From NCBI GenBank assembly GCA_964016885.1, contig OZ024741.1, positions 279,310,001 through 279,374,000 of the forward strand: a stretch of 64,000 nt of DNA, read 5' to 3'. This document shows positions 62,987 through 64,000 of the stretch, piece by piece. The stretch is from Eledone cirrhosa. Taxonomy: Eukaryota. How positions within the stretch are numbered: the first letter of the stretch is position 1; every line of letters starts with the position of its first letter. A program made the translations under genes and the position numbers. The notes beneath the pieces are model-generated. The model was not told the DNA's origin. It did not search any database and worked only from the letters and a program-made list of their open reading frames with translations.

Positions 62987-63380
62987 TGTAATGAAACATT
63001 TGGAAGGATTTAGTAAAAATAACTAATTTCTGTATTATGAAGTTACTGTTGAAACATAAGATACCAGAAAGTGCATAAAATAAAATTTAAAGAGCTGTTT
63101 TTTAAATTGAAATTGAAATATCTTAAAGACAGTTTTATATCATATTATAGAATTAGGGGCAGTTTAGTATTAAAAGAGTTAAGGTCATCTAGTACACTCT
63201 TAGTTGAAGTATTTGAGTAAATTCCAAATAACTAATTTAGATGGAAATTATGTTTATCAATAATTTACAAATCACTGGTAGTACTTAACTCTTTAATTAC
63301 CTTAATTCTAATTATAAGACATTGTATATAATTTTCAAATAATTTTTATATAATGAAAAATTAACTTTCATTATTAAACT

Positions 63381-63570
63381 GGTGGATTGGCAGTATCGTT
63401 AGAGGGTTGGACGCCATGCTTTGCAGCATGGAGTTACGGGCCTTTACGATCTGAGTTCAAATCCCGCTGAGGTTAACTTTGCCTTTCATCCTTTCGGGGT
63501 CGATAAAATAAAGTACCAGAAATGCACTGGGATAATTGCTGGCCTTGTGCCAAAAGTAGAAACAATTATT
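63381..63570 (+). mobile_element. tRNA-derived SINE (family B)
   Basis: Full unit; ATTATTAAACTGGTG occurs on both sides (possible TSD). Confidence 0.88.
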
Positions 63571-64000
63571 AAACTGGTGTTTGGAGCATAATATACCAAA
63601 GATTCTTACATACAATTATGAAGGAATATTTTTAGATAATATAAACATTTTAACCCTTTCATTACTAGATTTCTAATGAAAGACAATGCCTATGATTTGA
63701 AAATAATCAAGAATTTGGAGATATTTATGTTCTTTTTTGTTATTTAGTTGGTGTTTGAAGCATAACCTAACAAAGGTTCTTAGATACAATTATGGTGAAA
63801 GGATTTTAGATAAATCTTTAAAACAAACAGTTTTGTAACATAGAACTAGGAGCAGGTTCAGGTGGTTTAGTATAAAAAGGGTTTTAAAAAAGATACTATG
63901 ACACCACTAATTTTAACCCTAAAATCATGTGAAACTAGGCTATAAAGAATAAAGAAAACTCATGGTCAAATTCACTTATTTGCTGACTGTATAGCAACAG

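Overview
Eukaryotic, AT-rich, microsatellite- and transposon-dense genomic DNA. The SINE/RTE/Penelope landscape looks like a coleoid cephalopod, probably Octopus (inference). Two host genes sit head-to-head, with only 182 bp between their ATGs. HSPA13/STCH is on the minus strand (7 coding exons, 37945->17459, 432 aa). PLPBP/PROSC is on the plus strand (8 coding exons, 38128->62405, 270 aa). All introns are GT-AG and phase-consistent. The rest is mobile DNA: Penelope-like elements (Neptune-type and Naiad-type); RTE, CR1, Tx1/L1, R4/Dong and CRE non-LTR elements; two tRNA-derived SINE families; Helitrons; TTAA- and TA-flanked MITEs; mini- and microsatellites. The most notable structure beyond this annotation: (1) five type I hammerhead ribozyme motifs, including an inverted pLTR pair and two sense-strand motifs bracketing PLPBP exon 6; (2) two long near-perfect palindromes; (3) a head-to-tail Helitron junction; (4) a PHD finger inside RTE ORF2; (5) a SINE whose 3' end matches the Tx1 LINE tail; (6) nested intronic inverted repeats around PLPBP exons 3-4. 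Family assignments come from recalled motifs, not database searches.
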